Shown piece after piece: positions 7,563-17,100 of a stretch of DNA of 64,000 nt. Both the position numbers and the translations under genes were made by a program. Every line of letters starts with the position of its first letter. Within the stretch, counting starts at the first letter, position 1. This DNA comes from an uncultured bacterium (lineage in GTDB: Bacteria > CSSED10-310 > CALFER01), in the NCBI GenBank assembly GCA_937951895.1, contig CALFER010000079.1:4050-68049 (forward strand), given 5' to 3'. The notes below the pieces were generated by a model, which made no database searches, was not told the origin of the DNA, and saw only the letters and a program-made list of their open reading frames with translations.

Positions 7563-9796
7563 AACGCCACCTGTCGTCCATCCTGCGTTTTCTCCTCATC
7601 CTCACCGCGCTGGCCTGCCTGGGGGGCTGTGTGCCGGACGCGCTCGGAGGAATCGCCCACGCGATGGAAACCGTCACCCGGATCACGACATGGACCGATG
7701 GCAACGCCGTGCGCGACATCGAATTCGTTTCCGATCACGAAATCTGGACCGCAACCAGCGGCGGGCTCGTTCGCTGGAATCCCCTCGACCGATCGTTCAC
7801 GCACTTCACCACTCAAACCGGTCTGCCCGACAACTGGTTTCACTGCATGACCCGCTCACCCGGCGGCACGCTGTGGTTCGGATCGCGCTTTGGCGGACTG
7901 GTTTCCTGCGACGGCGAGGTATGGTCGGTTCTGACCACCTCAAGCGGCATGCCCGAAAACGAAGTCACCGCACTCGCCGCCGACGCTTCCGGACGCATCT
8001 ACGCCGGGTTCGGCGCCGCCTTCGGCAACGGACTGGGAATCTGGGACGGCAGTTCCTGGACACTCCTGACCACCGCCGACGGTCTGCTCGGGAATCGCAT
8101 CAACACTCTGTACTTCGAACCCGACATCGGCGTCTGGGTCGGCACCGGCAGCGGGTTGAACCTGATCGAAAACGACGCGGTCACGGCATCCTATACAACA
8201 TCCGACGGTCTGGCGCACAACCTCGTCCATTCGATCACCGCCGACCCTCAGCATAATCTCTGGATCGGCACCGACGCCGGCCTGACTCTCAAGCACAGCA
8301 ATCTCTGGACCTCTTTTTCCGGTGAGGGGTTGCCCGACGACCATATCCGTGCCGTCGCCGTCGATTCGGACAGTGTCGTCTGGGTCGGCACGGACGCCGG
8401 CATCGCGTACCGTCGAAACGGCGCCTGGCATGCGCTGACCCCCGAGCAGAACCTGTCGGGCTGGCGCGCGACGGCACTGGCGGCTGCCTCCGATGGATCC
8501 ATGTTCTGCGGAACGGATGACGGCGGTCTGCAGCATCTGGTCGAGGGGGTCGCGGCGGATATCCATACGGTTCCGGGATGGCTGAAGGGCAATGAGGTGC
8601 GGTCGATGACCTATCGGGACGACCGGCTCTGGTACTGCACCGCGAGCGGCTCCATCGGGTGGTTCGACGGCGCGCAATCCACCGTCTGGCAACTCGGCGA
8701 TCCGCGCAATCCGCCCCTCATCCGGGGCTTCGACTGGGATGATTCCGGCGTTCTGTGGGCCGGCACGTACGGACAGGGTGCGTTCCGATTCGAAAACGAC
8801 ACATGGACACCGTTCGGTATCGAAGAGGGATTGCCGTCACTGAAGATCATGGATGTAATCCGCGATTCGGACGGATCGATCTGGTTTCTGACGTTCGGGG
8901 GCGGTGCTGCGAACTGGAATGGGGTGGATTGGCGCTATATCGACACCTCCAATGGACTGCCGTCGAACATTGTCTATCGTGTGGAGACGGACTGCTTCAA
9001 TCATGTGTGGTTCTGCACCGACGCCGGGGTCACGCGATGGGACGGCGCATCATGGCACTCGTGGTTCGAATCCGACGGGCTGGTCTTCCATCGCGTCTAC
9101 GATCTCGAACAGGACCAGCACGGCGTCATGTGGTTCGGGGCCTGCAAGGGAATGTCGCGGTTCGACGGACGATCGTTCAGGAATTACTATGTCGAGGATG
9201 GGTTGCCGCATTACCGGGTGCGACGGATCCTGAGCCGTCCGCATGGCGCTGCATGGCTCGCGACCGGCGCGGGCATCAGTTTCTTCGACGGCGTCGCCTT
9301 CCACAACCTGTCACCTGTTGATGGACTGTCCGGCTGGGAAACACTCTCACTGGTCGCCGCCGGCCCCTCGACCCTGTATACCTGCGCGGAAGGCGGAATC
9401 AGCCGCATCGACCTGGAATCGACGACCGATTGTCCCCTGCTCGATGTCACCCTTTCCATGCCCGCCACCCTTCTCGAATCCGGCATCGTCTGCAGTTGCA
9501 CAGCCCGGATCTGCAATCCCCTCGGAACAGATCTCGTGCAATACCCCCTCTGCGTCCTGCTCGAACTCAACGGCGCCTACTACTTCGCCCCGGAATTCAA
9601 CCTCAGTTTCGACAGTTATCTCGATCAGTTGCCCGCTATTCCGCCCGGAATGACATCGATCCCCGTCATCCCCCCCCTCCTCTGGCCGGACGGCATCGAT
9701 CCTTTCCACGGAGCAGTCTGGCTGGCCGCTATCCTCTCACCCGATCTCTCGAGTCTCGTCACTGACATCGCGCTGCTCGAATTCGGCTGGAACTGA
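7559..9796 (+). CDS. Exported two-component-regulator-propeller (Reg_prop-type) repeat protein with the recurrent C-terminal domain
   Basis: ATG 7559 overlaps the previous stop; possible lipobox LACLGGC; many T...GL..N.V...D..G.LW.GT..GL repeats; C-terminal YYFAP...LLWP...EFGW. Confidence 0.8.
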   Translation: MKRHLSSILRFLLILTALACLGGCVPDALGGIAHAMETVTRITTWTDGNAVRDIEFVSDHEIWTATSGGLVRWNPLDRSFTHFTTQTGLPDNWFHCMTRSPGGTLWFGSRFGGLVSCDGEVWSVLTTSSGMPENEVTALAADASGRIYAGFGAAFGNGLGIWDGSSWTLLTTADGLLGNRINTLYFEPDIGVWVGTGSGLNLIENDAVTASYTTSDGLAHNLVHSITADPQHNLWIGTDAGLTLKHSNLWTSFSGEGLPDDHIRAVAVDSDSVVWVGTDAGIAYRRNGAWHALTPEQNLSGWRATALAAASDGSMFCGTDDGGLQHLVEGVAADIHTVPGWLKGNEVRSMTYRDDRLWYCTASGSIGWFDGAQSTVWQLGDPRNPPLIRGFDWDDSGVLWAGTYGQGAFRFENDTWTPFGIEEGLPSLKIMDVIRDSDGSIWFLTFGGGAANWNGVDWRYIDTSNGLPSNIVYRVETDCFNHVWFCTDAGVTRWDGASWHSWFESDGLVFHRVYDLEQDQHGVMWFGACKGMSRFDGRSFRNYYVEDGLPHYRVRRILSRPHGAAWLATGAGISFFDGVAFHNLSPVDGLSGWETLSLVAAGPSTLYTCAEGGISRIDLESTTDCPLLDVTLSMPATLLESGIVCSCTARICNPLGTDLVQYPLCVLLELNGAYYFAPEFNLSFDSYLDQLPAIPPGMTSIPVIPPLLWPDGIDPFHGAVWLAAILSPDLSSLVTDIALLEFGWN

Positions 9797-11134
9797 ACAC
9801 GGATTTTGTCGGCGGTGTTTGAGGTCTGAGGCGAAGGCCTGATACTCCGCACCGCTCCACCCGCCATGCCTATAAACGGACAGGATCTTGTTGGTGAGGA
9901 GCATGTCGGCATCCGACCGGTATCCGAGCTGACCGAGCCGAACGTCACCCAGCGGCGTGCCGGGAATCGGGCTGAACTGGGCGAGATACGGTCTGATGCC
10001 GATCGACAGGAGTTGCGTGCAGGCGCGATCGAGCCATTCCAGGCGTTGATCGGGAAGCCCTGCAATCACGTAACACGACAGCGCAGCCGCTTCATATCCT
10101 GCCCGGATGAGGTGTTCAGCGGCACGGGAATAGGCCTGGAGAGCGCTGTCGTCGAGTCCTCGCGGACCGAGTCTCCGATCGAGATGATGCAGGCTCAGCC
10201 GGGGCTGTTCGAAACCCGCCGTGCGCATCAGGCATGCGATCTCCTCCGTGACGGAAGCGATACCGAGCGCGTTCGGTGTGTGCCAGGTCATGTGTTCAGC
10301 GCGTTCACACAGCATCCGCAGAAACTGTTTGAAGTGTTCGAGACCCTCCCGGGTGCCGCAGCCCAGGTCATCATCGTATAGAGCGAAATGCCGGAAACCG
10401 TGAACCCGGATCAGATGATCGATCTCGCGGGATATCACCTCGACCCGGCGAACCTGCCGGGCGTGACTCATCGCCGAGGCCACGCAGTAATCGCATCGGT
10501 GCATGCATCCCCGGCTGGTCATGATGGGCGCATATCCGATCGGTCCGGCGAGCTCCCAGGCGGGAGTAATCTCCGTTACATCCGCGCGGAACTCCCCCCC
10601 GGCGTGCTCCCGGACCCATCGGAAGAATATCTCGTCGGCTTCTCCGGGGAAAATCCGTGCCTGCGGCAGCAGACGGGTGAGGTGATCCGGGGCGATCGTC
10701 GCGTGAATGCCTCCGAGGGCAATCGGGAGGGGCCCGAAACGCTCCGTCAGCATGTCCATCAGCGCGATGAGCGGCCCGTACCAATAGGTCATGCCGGTCG
10801 TGACGAGTACGGCATCGGGCCGTTCCATTTCATTCAGGCGATCGCGAATGGCCTCGTCGGACAGCCCGAATCGTCGATAATGGCGAGGGATTCCGGAAAA
10901 CGGATCCGGTTTCCCGATGCGGACGGCCCGGAACGGGTGTAGCAGACGTTTGTCGGTGTCCGGGGTGCCGGTGATCGGGAGAGTGCTTCGGAGGCAATCC
11001 AGGTAGTGGACATCGAATCCGGCCTGCATGAGACGGCGGGCGATCACGAGGAATCCGAGCGGTTGGGCGAAGTGGTCGAACGCGGAGAAATCTTCGATCC
11101 ATGGACGAATCATGAGGATGCTTTTTCGCGACAT
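9737..11134 (-). CDS. B12-binding radical SAM protein
   Basis: N-terminal cobalamin-binding-like domain (QPLGFL, PDAVLVTTGMTYWY, LGGIHAT); TSRGCMHRCDYC CxxxCxxC motif; overlaps the convergent gene by 60 nt. Confidence 0.85.
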   Translation of the reverse strand: MSRKSILMIRPWIEDFSAFDHFAQPLGFLVIARRLMQAGFDVHYLDCLRSTLPITGTPDTDKRLLHPFRAVRIGKPDPFSGIPRHYRRFGLSDEAIRDRLNEMERPDAVLVTTGMTYWYGPLIALMDMLTERFGPLPIALGGIHATIAPDHLTRLLPQARIFPGEADEIFFRWVREHAGGEFRADVTEITPAWELAGPIGYAPIMTSRGCMHRCDYCVASAMSHARQVRRVEVISREIDHLIRVHGFRHFALYDDDLGCGTREGLEHFKQFLRMLCERAEHMTWHTPNALGIASVTEEIACLMRTAGFEQPRLSLHHLDRRLGPRGLDDSALQAYSRAAEHLIRAGYEAAALSCYVIAGLPDQRLEWLDRACTQLLSIGIRPYLAQFSPIPGTPLGDVRLGQLGYRSDADMLLTNKILSVYRHGGWSGAEYQAFASDLKHRRQNPCSVPAEFEQRDVSDETREIG

Positions 11135-11262
11135 CGTTCCTCCGGAACCGGTTTTCGCAGTTTGCCCGGGACGGGTGCAGGCAAACCGAAGTTTGCGCTG
11201 TGCAGGGAATTGTCGTTTATTATGAAAATAAGGTAAAGTGTGAATGTCGTGGGAGGAATTCT

Positions 11263-13551
11263 ATGGCCGGAGAAAAAGTCATTGTCGTTGACACAAACGA
11301 AAAGGTCTCGATTCAACTCGCGGATGCCCTGAACAAGGTCGGATTCGATGCGTCCACGATTCAATGGGCCGAGGAAGCGCAGGCGTTGGTCCAGATGGGC
11401 GGCGTCGACGCGGTGGTGCTCCGGACGAAACTGGGCGGCATGACCGGTTTTGCCTTTACTCAGGCACTCCGCAAGAACCCGAATCTCGCGATCCGCCCCA
11501 TCGTGATTCTGTACGGCAAGGACGATCAGGAATCGAAAGTGCAGGCATTCAAATCCGGCGCGGACGATTATCTCGTGCTGCCCTTCCCTCTACCCGAACT
11601 CATTTACCGCCTCGATGTCCGCCTCCGCAAGACGATCCAGGACAGCGGCTCGGGAGGATCGGGGGACCTGATCGAGGATTCCTCCACCGGTGAAATGGCG
11701 ATCCCGGCATCGTTCCCCGATCAGGGTTCCGTCGTATCGCGGTCACTCCCCATGATTCTCGGAATCGTCTCGGCACGGAACATGACGGGATCCTTGCGAC
11801 TGACACAGAAGGGCGTTATCCGCACCTTGTTTTTCGACGAGGGACGGCTGCGCGGTGTCCGATCGTCGAAACGCGGCGAATCGTTCAGCGTGTTTGCTCT
11901 GTGGCGGGGTGGGCTGGGCGGAACTGAGAAACAGAAGTACAGGGCGCTGGCGAAATCGGCCCAGGACCGGGTCGCCGCGGATTGGCTGATCAAGAACGGG
12001 GGACTCCGCCCGGATTGTGTCAATGGCCTCGCGGTTCGACACCTCATCCGATCGCTTGAAAAAGCCGTCCGGATGATGCACGCGGATTTCGACTGGACGG
12101 CGAAGGACGATCCGGCAGGCGTTCTGCTGATTGAATCACCGGGACTGTCCCTGATCCATACCCTCGCCGGGATTTATCGCTCGATGTGGTTCGCTCCGAA
12201 ATACAGCGTTTTTCTACCGAAGCCGACGGTCTGCGTCTATCCCACGACGCGACTGGGGAAAATCGCCGATACGCTCCGGTTGACATCGCGTGAGGAGTCT
12301 TTTCTGGGATTGCTGGCGCGCGGCAGGACCATCGGTGAGATGCTGGACGAAGGGCACCGCATCATTCCGTATGCCGAGCAACTCGTTCATCTCTGCCTGA
12401 GTTTCGACGTGTTCAAAACCGGAGACAAACGGCTGCTCAGCCGGAAAGAGCAGGATGCCGTGGCCATTGCGGTTGAACGCAAGGCATCGGATATCCGGGA
12501 TATCTCGAGCATTGAAAGCGAATCACTCGCGGACCCGAGAGACGAGGATCTCCCGCCGCCGCCCCGGAAAACCGCGCTACCTCCACCGCCGCCACCGCCC
12601 CCCAGAACCGATCCGAAACCGGACAACAAAGTTTCGATGCGCCCTGAACCGCGCCCCGAGATCCGTCCGGAACCGAAGCCGGAACCGAGAGTTGAACCGC
12701 ACGCTCCGGGCGAAGACACGCATCCCGGCGTGATCGTCGCGCAATCGTCGAGCGTGCCTCCGGCGCCTCCTTCTGCTCCGCTCGCACGACTGCCTCTGAT
12801 CAATGTTCAGGGCCCCTCTTCCTTCGAATTTTCCACGGGCGATCTCGCGTCGGGCAACCTGTCTGAAAAGCATGTCGCATTACCGTATGCGCGGATCTTC
12901 GAGGACAAGCTGACGGGAATTCTGAATATCCGGATCGCGGAATACGAATCGAAGTTGTTTTTCAAGCGGGGGCATCTATTGTTTGCGCGCACGGACGACC
13001 CGAAGATGCGCGTCGACCAGATCATGGTGGATCTCGGAATGATCACCGCCGCCCAGCGCGAACGGGTTCAGGAAGCGATTGAAGAACTCGGCAAGATGCG
13101 TTCCGGCACGATCATTTTCAAACGCCAGATCGTCAACATGGTCCAACTCTCGGAAGCCCTTCACCATCAGATCGGTCTGATTCTCAAGACCGTCTTCACC
13201 GCATCGGACGGGACCTTTGCGTTCACAGAGGGGGCGTTGCCTGAGGAAGAGCACATTCCGATGGATCTGCAGACCGCCGTCATCCTGCTCGACAACCTGC
13301 GTGCAATCGACGATCCGTCCGTGCTCATCGACATCCTCCCCGATCTCTCGGTCACACTCGGTCAATCCAGTCGCAGCCGTGAATTGATGCAGCAGATTCG
13401 TCTGGGGCCCAATGTCACACAGATTTTCGACAAATTCCGGCATGGTGTCACGGGGCGTGAGGCTTTTGTCGGTTCCGATATTTCTCTCCGGGAATTCAAA
13501 TCGGTCCTGTGCGGCCTGATTCTTCTCGGGTTGTTGTACCGGATCAAATAG
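11263..13551 (+). CDS. Pseudo-receiver domain plus two DUF4388/PatA_N-like domains separated by a Pro-rich linker
   Basis: GGAGG RBS before ATG 11263; REC fold with GADDYL; two GxL.L.....LFF..G.L..A segments typical of DUF4388. Confidence 0.7.
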   Translation: MAGEKVIVVDTNEKVSIQLADALNKVGFDASTIQWAEEAQALVQMGGVDAVVLRTKLGGMTGFAFTQALRKNPNLAIRPIVILYGKDDQESKVQAFKSGADDYLVLPFPLPELIYRLDVRLRKTIQDSGSGGSGDLIEDSSTGEMAIPASFPDQGSVVSRSLPMILGIVSARNMTGSLRLTQKGVIRTLFFDEGRLRGVRSSKRGESFSVFALWRGGLGGTEKQKYRALAKSAQDRVAADWLIKNGGLRPDCVNGLAVRHLIRSLEKAVRMMHADFDWTAKDDPAGVLLIESPGLSLIHTLAGIYRSMWFAPKYSVFLPKPTVCVYPTTRLGKIADTLRLTSREESFLGLLARGRTIGEMLDEGHRIIPYAEQLVHLCLSFDVFKTGDKRLLSRKEQDAVAIAVERKASDIRDISSIESESLADPRDEDLPPPPRKTALPPPPPPPPRTDPKPDNKVSMRPEPRPEIRPEPKPEPRVEPHAPGEDTHPGVIVAQSSSVPPAPPSAPLARLPLINVQGPSSFEFSTGDLASGNLSEKHVALPYARIFEDKLTGILNIRIAEYESKLFFKRGHLLFARTDDPKMRVDQIMVDLGMITAAQRERVQEAIEELGKMRSGTIIFKRQIVNMVQLSEALHHQIGLILKTVFTASDGTFAFTEGALPEEEHIPMDLQTAVILLDNLRAIDDPSVLIDILPDLSVTLGQSSRSRELMQQIRLGPNVTQIFDKFRHGVTGREAFVGSDISLREFKSVLCGLILLGLLYRIK

Positions 13552-13566
13552 AACAGGGAAAGCAGC

Positions 13567-15075
13567 ATGATCATGAACAGGGCCGCCGGCATTCTGATGC
13601 ACCCGACATCACTTCCGGGTTCCCGTTCCACCGGATGCCTCGGAGCCGCCGCCGATCGATTCCTGGATTTTCTTTGCCGCGCCGGTCAATCGCTCTGGCA
13701 GATCCTGCCGCTCGGACCCACCGGATACGGCGATTCCCCCTACTCAGGCTACTCGGCATTCGCGGGAAACCATCTCCTGATCGATCTCGATCTGCTTCAA
13801 GCCGATGGATTGCTGACGTGTTCGGATATTCCCGCGCGCACCTGCGCCTCGTTTCGTGAATTGGAGGAGGTTAGTCTTGCCCCCCTGATGAAGGCTTGCA
13901 GGGCGTTCGGCCATGGAGGCGGGTGGCAATCGACAGAGTATGAAACCTTCGAGAATGCGCATGTCGTCTGGTTGCCGGATTATACGCTCTTTCGCGCCAT
14001 CAAGGCATCGCAGGGCGGACGCGCCTGGTATGATTGGCCGAACGATCTTCGCAATCGCCACCTCAAAACGATTGAATCGACGAGACGTGACCTGAAGGAA
14101 GCCGTCGATTTCCACCGGTTTCTCCAGTTCCAGTTTTCGAAACAGTGGTCGCGACTGCGTCGGGCCGCACGAGAAAAAGGCATTCGCATCATCGGCGACA
14201 TGCCGATTTTTGTGGCGGAGGATTCGGCGGATGTCTGGGCCCATCCCGATCTCTTCGATCTGACTGATTCGGGCCGTCCCGCTCATATCGCGGGAGTCCC
14301 TCCGGATTACTTCAGCCGGACCGGTCAGCGTTGGGGAAATCCGCTCTACCGCTGGGACAGGCTGGCCCGGGACGGCTACTCATGGTGGATGGATCGTTTC
14401 CGCGTGTTGCTCGGCCTGGTGGATATCATCCGGGTGGATCATTTTCGGGGTTTCGATCAGTACTGGTCGATTCCGGCATCGGACAGGACGGCGCAGAACG
14501 GACACTGGGAACCGGGACCGGGTGCGGATTTCTTCTCCCGTGCCGTGACCGTGCTTCCCGACCTGCCGCTCATCGCCGAGGATCTCGGGGTCATCACTCC
14601 CGACGTGACGGCTTTACGGGATCGGTTTGCGTTTCCCGGCATGAAGATTCTGCAGTTCGCATTCGGTTCGGGCCCGGGAAACGACTATCTGCCCCATAAT
14701 TACTCCTCCCCGCGATGTGTCGTGTACACCGGAACGCACGACAACGACACGATCCGGGGCTGGTATCGATCCCTGAGACCGAAGCGCTCCAGTGCGCGGC
14801 GAGCCGTCAATCCCTGTTTTGCGCACCTCACGGAGTATCTTGCGGGCACGCATCGAACGATTCACTGGGATCTGATCGACCTGGCGATGAGCAGTGTGGC
14901 GGCATGGGCGATCGTGCCGGCACAGGATATCATGGGACTCGGTTCGGAGGCTCGCATGAACCTTCCGGGAAGAGCCGCGGGAAACTGGACATGGCATCTC
15001 GATTCCCTCGACGAACTCGACTTGCACTCGGACCACCTGCTGAGTGTCACCGGGCGGTACAACAGGAGGCCGTGA
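13567..15075 (+). CDS. malQ: 4-alpha-glucanotransferase (amylomaltase, GH77)
   Basis: RAAGILMHPTSLP, WQILPLGP, SPYS, GDMPIFVA.DSADVW, RVDHFRGF, IAEDLG, YTGTHDNDT. Confidence 0.95.
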   Translation: MIMNRAAGILMHPTSLPGSRSTGCLGAAADRFLDFLCRAGQSLWQILPLGPTGYGDSPYSGYSAFAGNHLLIDLDLLQADGLLTCSDIPARTCASFRELEEVSLAPLMKACRAFGHGGGWQSTEYETFENAHVVWLPDYTLFRAIKASQGGRAWYDWPNDLRNRHLKTIESTRRDLKEAVDFHRFLQFQFSKQWSRLRRAAREKGIRIIGDMPIFVAEDSADVWAHPDLFDLTDSGRPAHIAGVPPDYFSRTGQRWGNPLYRWDRLARDGYSWWMDRFRVLLGLVDIIRVDHFRGFDQYWSIPASDRTAQNGHWEPGPGADFFSRAVTVLPDLPLIAEDLGVITPDVTALRDRFAFPGMKILQFAFGSGPGNDYLPHNYSSPRCVVYTGTHDNDTIRGWYRSLRPKRSSARRAVNPCFAHLTEYLAGTHRTIHWDLIDLAMSSVAAWAIVPAQDIMGLGSEARMNLPGRAAGNWTWHLDSLDELDLHSDHLLSVTGRYNRRP

Positions 15076-15458
15076 TGGAGCAGAAACGACGCTGTATCTT
15101 TTGTGAACCGGACGCGACACGGCTGATCGCTTCGGATCCCCTCGCGTACGCCATCCGGGATGTGTTTCCGGTATCGTTGGGGCATACGCTCATTATCCCG
15201 AGACGGCATGTGGCCGGGTTGTTCGATGCGACGGATGAGGAACTGAAGGCCATTTTCAGGTTGCTCCGGATCTGCCGTGATGAACTCATGCAGGCCTATA
15301 CGCCGGACGGGTACAACGTCGGTGTGAATATCGGAAAGTCGGCGGGGCAGACAATTTTTCACCTGCACGTCCATCTGATTCCCAGATATTCGAGTGACTG
15401 TGCGGATCCGACAGGAGGAGTTCGGAACGTGATTCCCGGGAGTGGACCGTACCGGTGA
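15075..15458 (+). CDS. HIT family hydrolase
   Basis: CIFC start, FPVSLGHTLIIP, HLHVHLIPR triad; ATG overlaps the malQ stop (TGATG). Confidence 0.92.
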   Translation: MEQKRRCIFCEPDATRLIASDPLAYAIRDVFPVSLGHTLIIPRRHVAGLFDATDEELKAIFRLLRICRDELMQAYTPDGYNVGVNIGKSAGQTIFHLHVHLIPRYSSDCADPTGGVRNVIPGSGPYR

Positions 15459-15533
15459 TCGTTGTGTCGATGACGGGCGGAAAATGATCGGAGTGGATTT
15501 CAAAAGTGCGGACGGATCGGGTATGATAAGACC

Positions 15534-17096
15534 ATGACACTGGCAGGACAGTTTGCGGCATTTGGTCGCGTGTTCGAGAGCAGCGAGCCGATCACGACGG
15601 CGACGCAGAAGGCGCAGGAGATTCACGCCGGGAAAGTCGTCGAGTGGCTGGATCTGACCACACGTCTGATGGAAGCGCCCCGGACGATGGCCAAGGAAGT
15701 CCAGTTCGCTCTGTCGGACGCGCTCGTGAGCACCCGTGCCCTGTATGCCCAGGGAGACGACATCTCGGCATGGCTCGGGCAATGCCGCATCGCCAAAGCC
15801 GCCGAGAAAGTTGCGCCGGGTTCCATTGCCGCACAGCATCTCGCCGCGGCGGCGCGCATGAGCGCCTATCTGTATCGCCTGGATGACGCCGAAAAGTATC
15901 TCCGGCGCATGTACCGCCAGATGACCCGCCCCGAACCTCCGATCGCGACGCAGTACTGGTCCCTCAAAGGCCTTCTGCTCAACATGAATCGACGTTTCAA
16001 GGATGCCATCCCCAATTTTCAGCTCGCCCTCGAGTATCTCCAGCAAACATCCCCGCGCGAAGCCAAATACTGGCTGAGCAACAACCGCGAAGACGTAATC
16101 GCGAACCGGATGCTCCATATTGCGGACTGCTGGCTGAACCTGGGTTGGGATGCGGTCGGCGACGAACGGTTGGAATGTGCGGCGCAGGCCCGGAGAATCA
16201 TCGAGCGTGCGGTGAAGCTTCCGAAACTCGCCGTGGAGCAGTATCTGGCGGGTCTGAATGTGGTCGAACTCAATATCCTCGAAGGCCGGTTCGACGAAGC
16301 GCGGCAGGGAATCGACTATCTGCTCCACCATCAGACGAACTCCCAGAAAGCGGCCGTGCTCCGTCCCGCCGCGTATTTCATGCTGGCCCGACTGGCGGAT
16401 ATCGAAGACGACCATAACGCGATGATCGGACATCTCTCGCGAGCGCTCGCCGAATCCATGGTCTTCCCGAACGCGCTTCAGGAGTTGACCATCGTCGAGG
16501 GTGCAATCGAGTTGATGAAACGTCATTCTTCGGACCGCCAGCGTCTCGCACCCCTGATGGAAGCCATGGTCGTCATGCTCGAAGCCAAGGATTGGTACAC
16601 CGGCCGGGATCACTCGAAATCCGTCGTTCGATATACGCTGACCCTGTGGGACAACTGGCATGGTCGGGTGGATGATCCGGGAATCCGGGATGACCTGTAT
16701 TGGGCGGGCTATCTCCACGATATCGGCAAACTGAGGCTCCCCCGCAGTCTGCTCAACAAGATCGCCCCGCTGTGCGATACGGAATGGACGATGATCCGGC
16801 AGCATCCCACTCACGGAAAGGATATTCTCGAGACGTTCGGCGTTCCCAGAATCGCTCAGTGGGTCAGCGAACATCACCAGAATGCCAGCGGAACGGGATA
16901 CCCGGGCAGCGACCCGGCGTCTCCGATGGGCCTGTGCATCACCATTTCGGACATCCTGGAAGCCGCGACCAATTCGAACCGGAAATACAAGAAACCCAAA
17001 ACCATTCCGCAGGCGTTATCGGAACTCAAGGCGAGCGGGGATCATCGTTATCCGCAGTCTCTGATCGAAACAGCTGAGCGGATGCTGACAGGTTGA
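15534..17096 (+). CDS. TPR-like helical N-terminus fused to an HD-GYP phosphohydrolase domain
   Basis: DWYTGRDHS, LHDIGK, HHQNASGTGYP, SDILEA, NRKYKK motifs in the C-terminal 180 aa. Confidence 0.8.
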   Translation: MTLAGQFAAFGRVFESSEPITTATQKAQEIHAGKVVEWLDLTTRLMEAPRTMAKEVQFALSDALVSTRALYAQGDDISAWLGQCRIAKAAEKVAPGSIAAQHLAAAARMSAYLYRLDDAEKYLRRMYRQMTRPEPPIATQYWSLKGLLLNMNRRFKDAIPNFQLALEYLQQTSPREAKYWLSNNREDVIANRMLHIADCWLNLGWDAVGDERLECAAQARRIIERAVKLPKLAVEQYLAGLNVVELNILEGRFDEARQGIDYLLHHQTNSQKAAVLRPAAYFMLARLADIEDDHNAMIGHLSRALAESMVFPNALQELTIVEGAIELMKRHSSDRQRLAPLMEAMVVMLEAKDWYTGRDHSKSVVRYTLTLWDNWHGRVDDPGIRDDLYWAGYLHDIGKLRLPRSLLNKIAPLCDTEWTMIRQHPTHGKDILETFGVPRIAQWVSEHHQNASGTGYPGSDPASPMGLCITISDILEAATNSNRKYKKPKTIPQALSELKASGDHRYPQSLIETAERMLTG

Positions 17097-17100
17097 TGCC

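Noticed and set aside
11140-11200. c-di-GMP-I riboswitch (GGCAAAC...GAAA on the minus strand)
   Set aside because: The P2 stem does not pair around GAAA and the downstream GACGCAAAGC element is missing.
14862-16877. 671-aa antisense ORF, and similar long shadows at 20529..21725, 32057..33541 and 59053..61191
   Set aside because: They lie opposite well-supported genes and have no motifs; long antisense frames are expected in GC-rich coding DNA.
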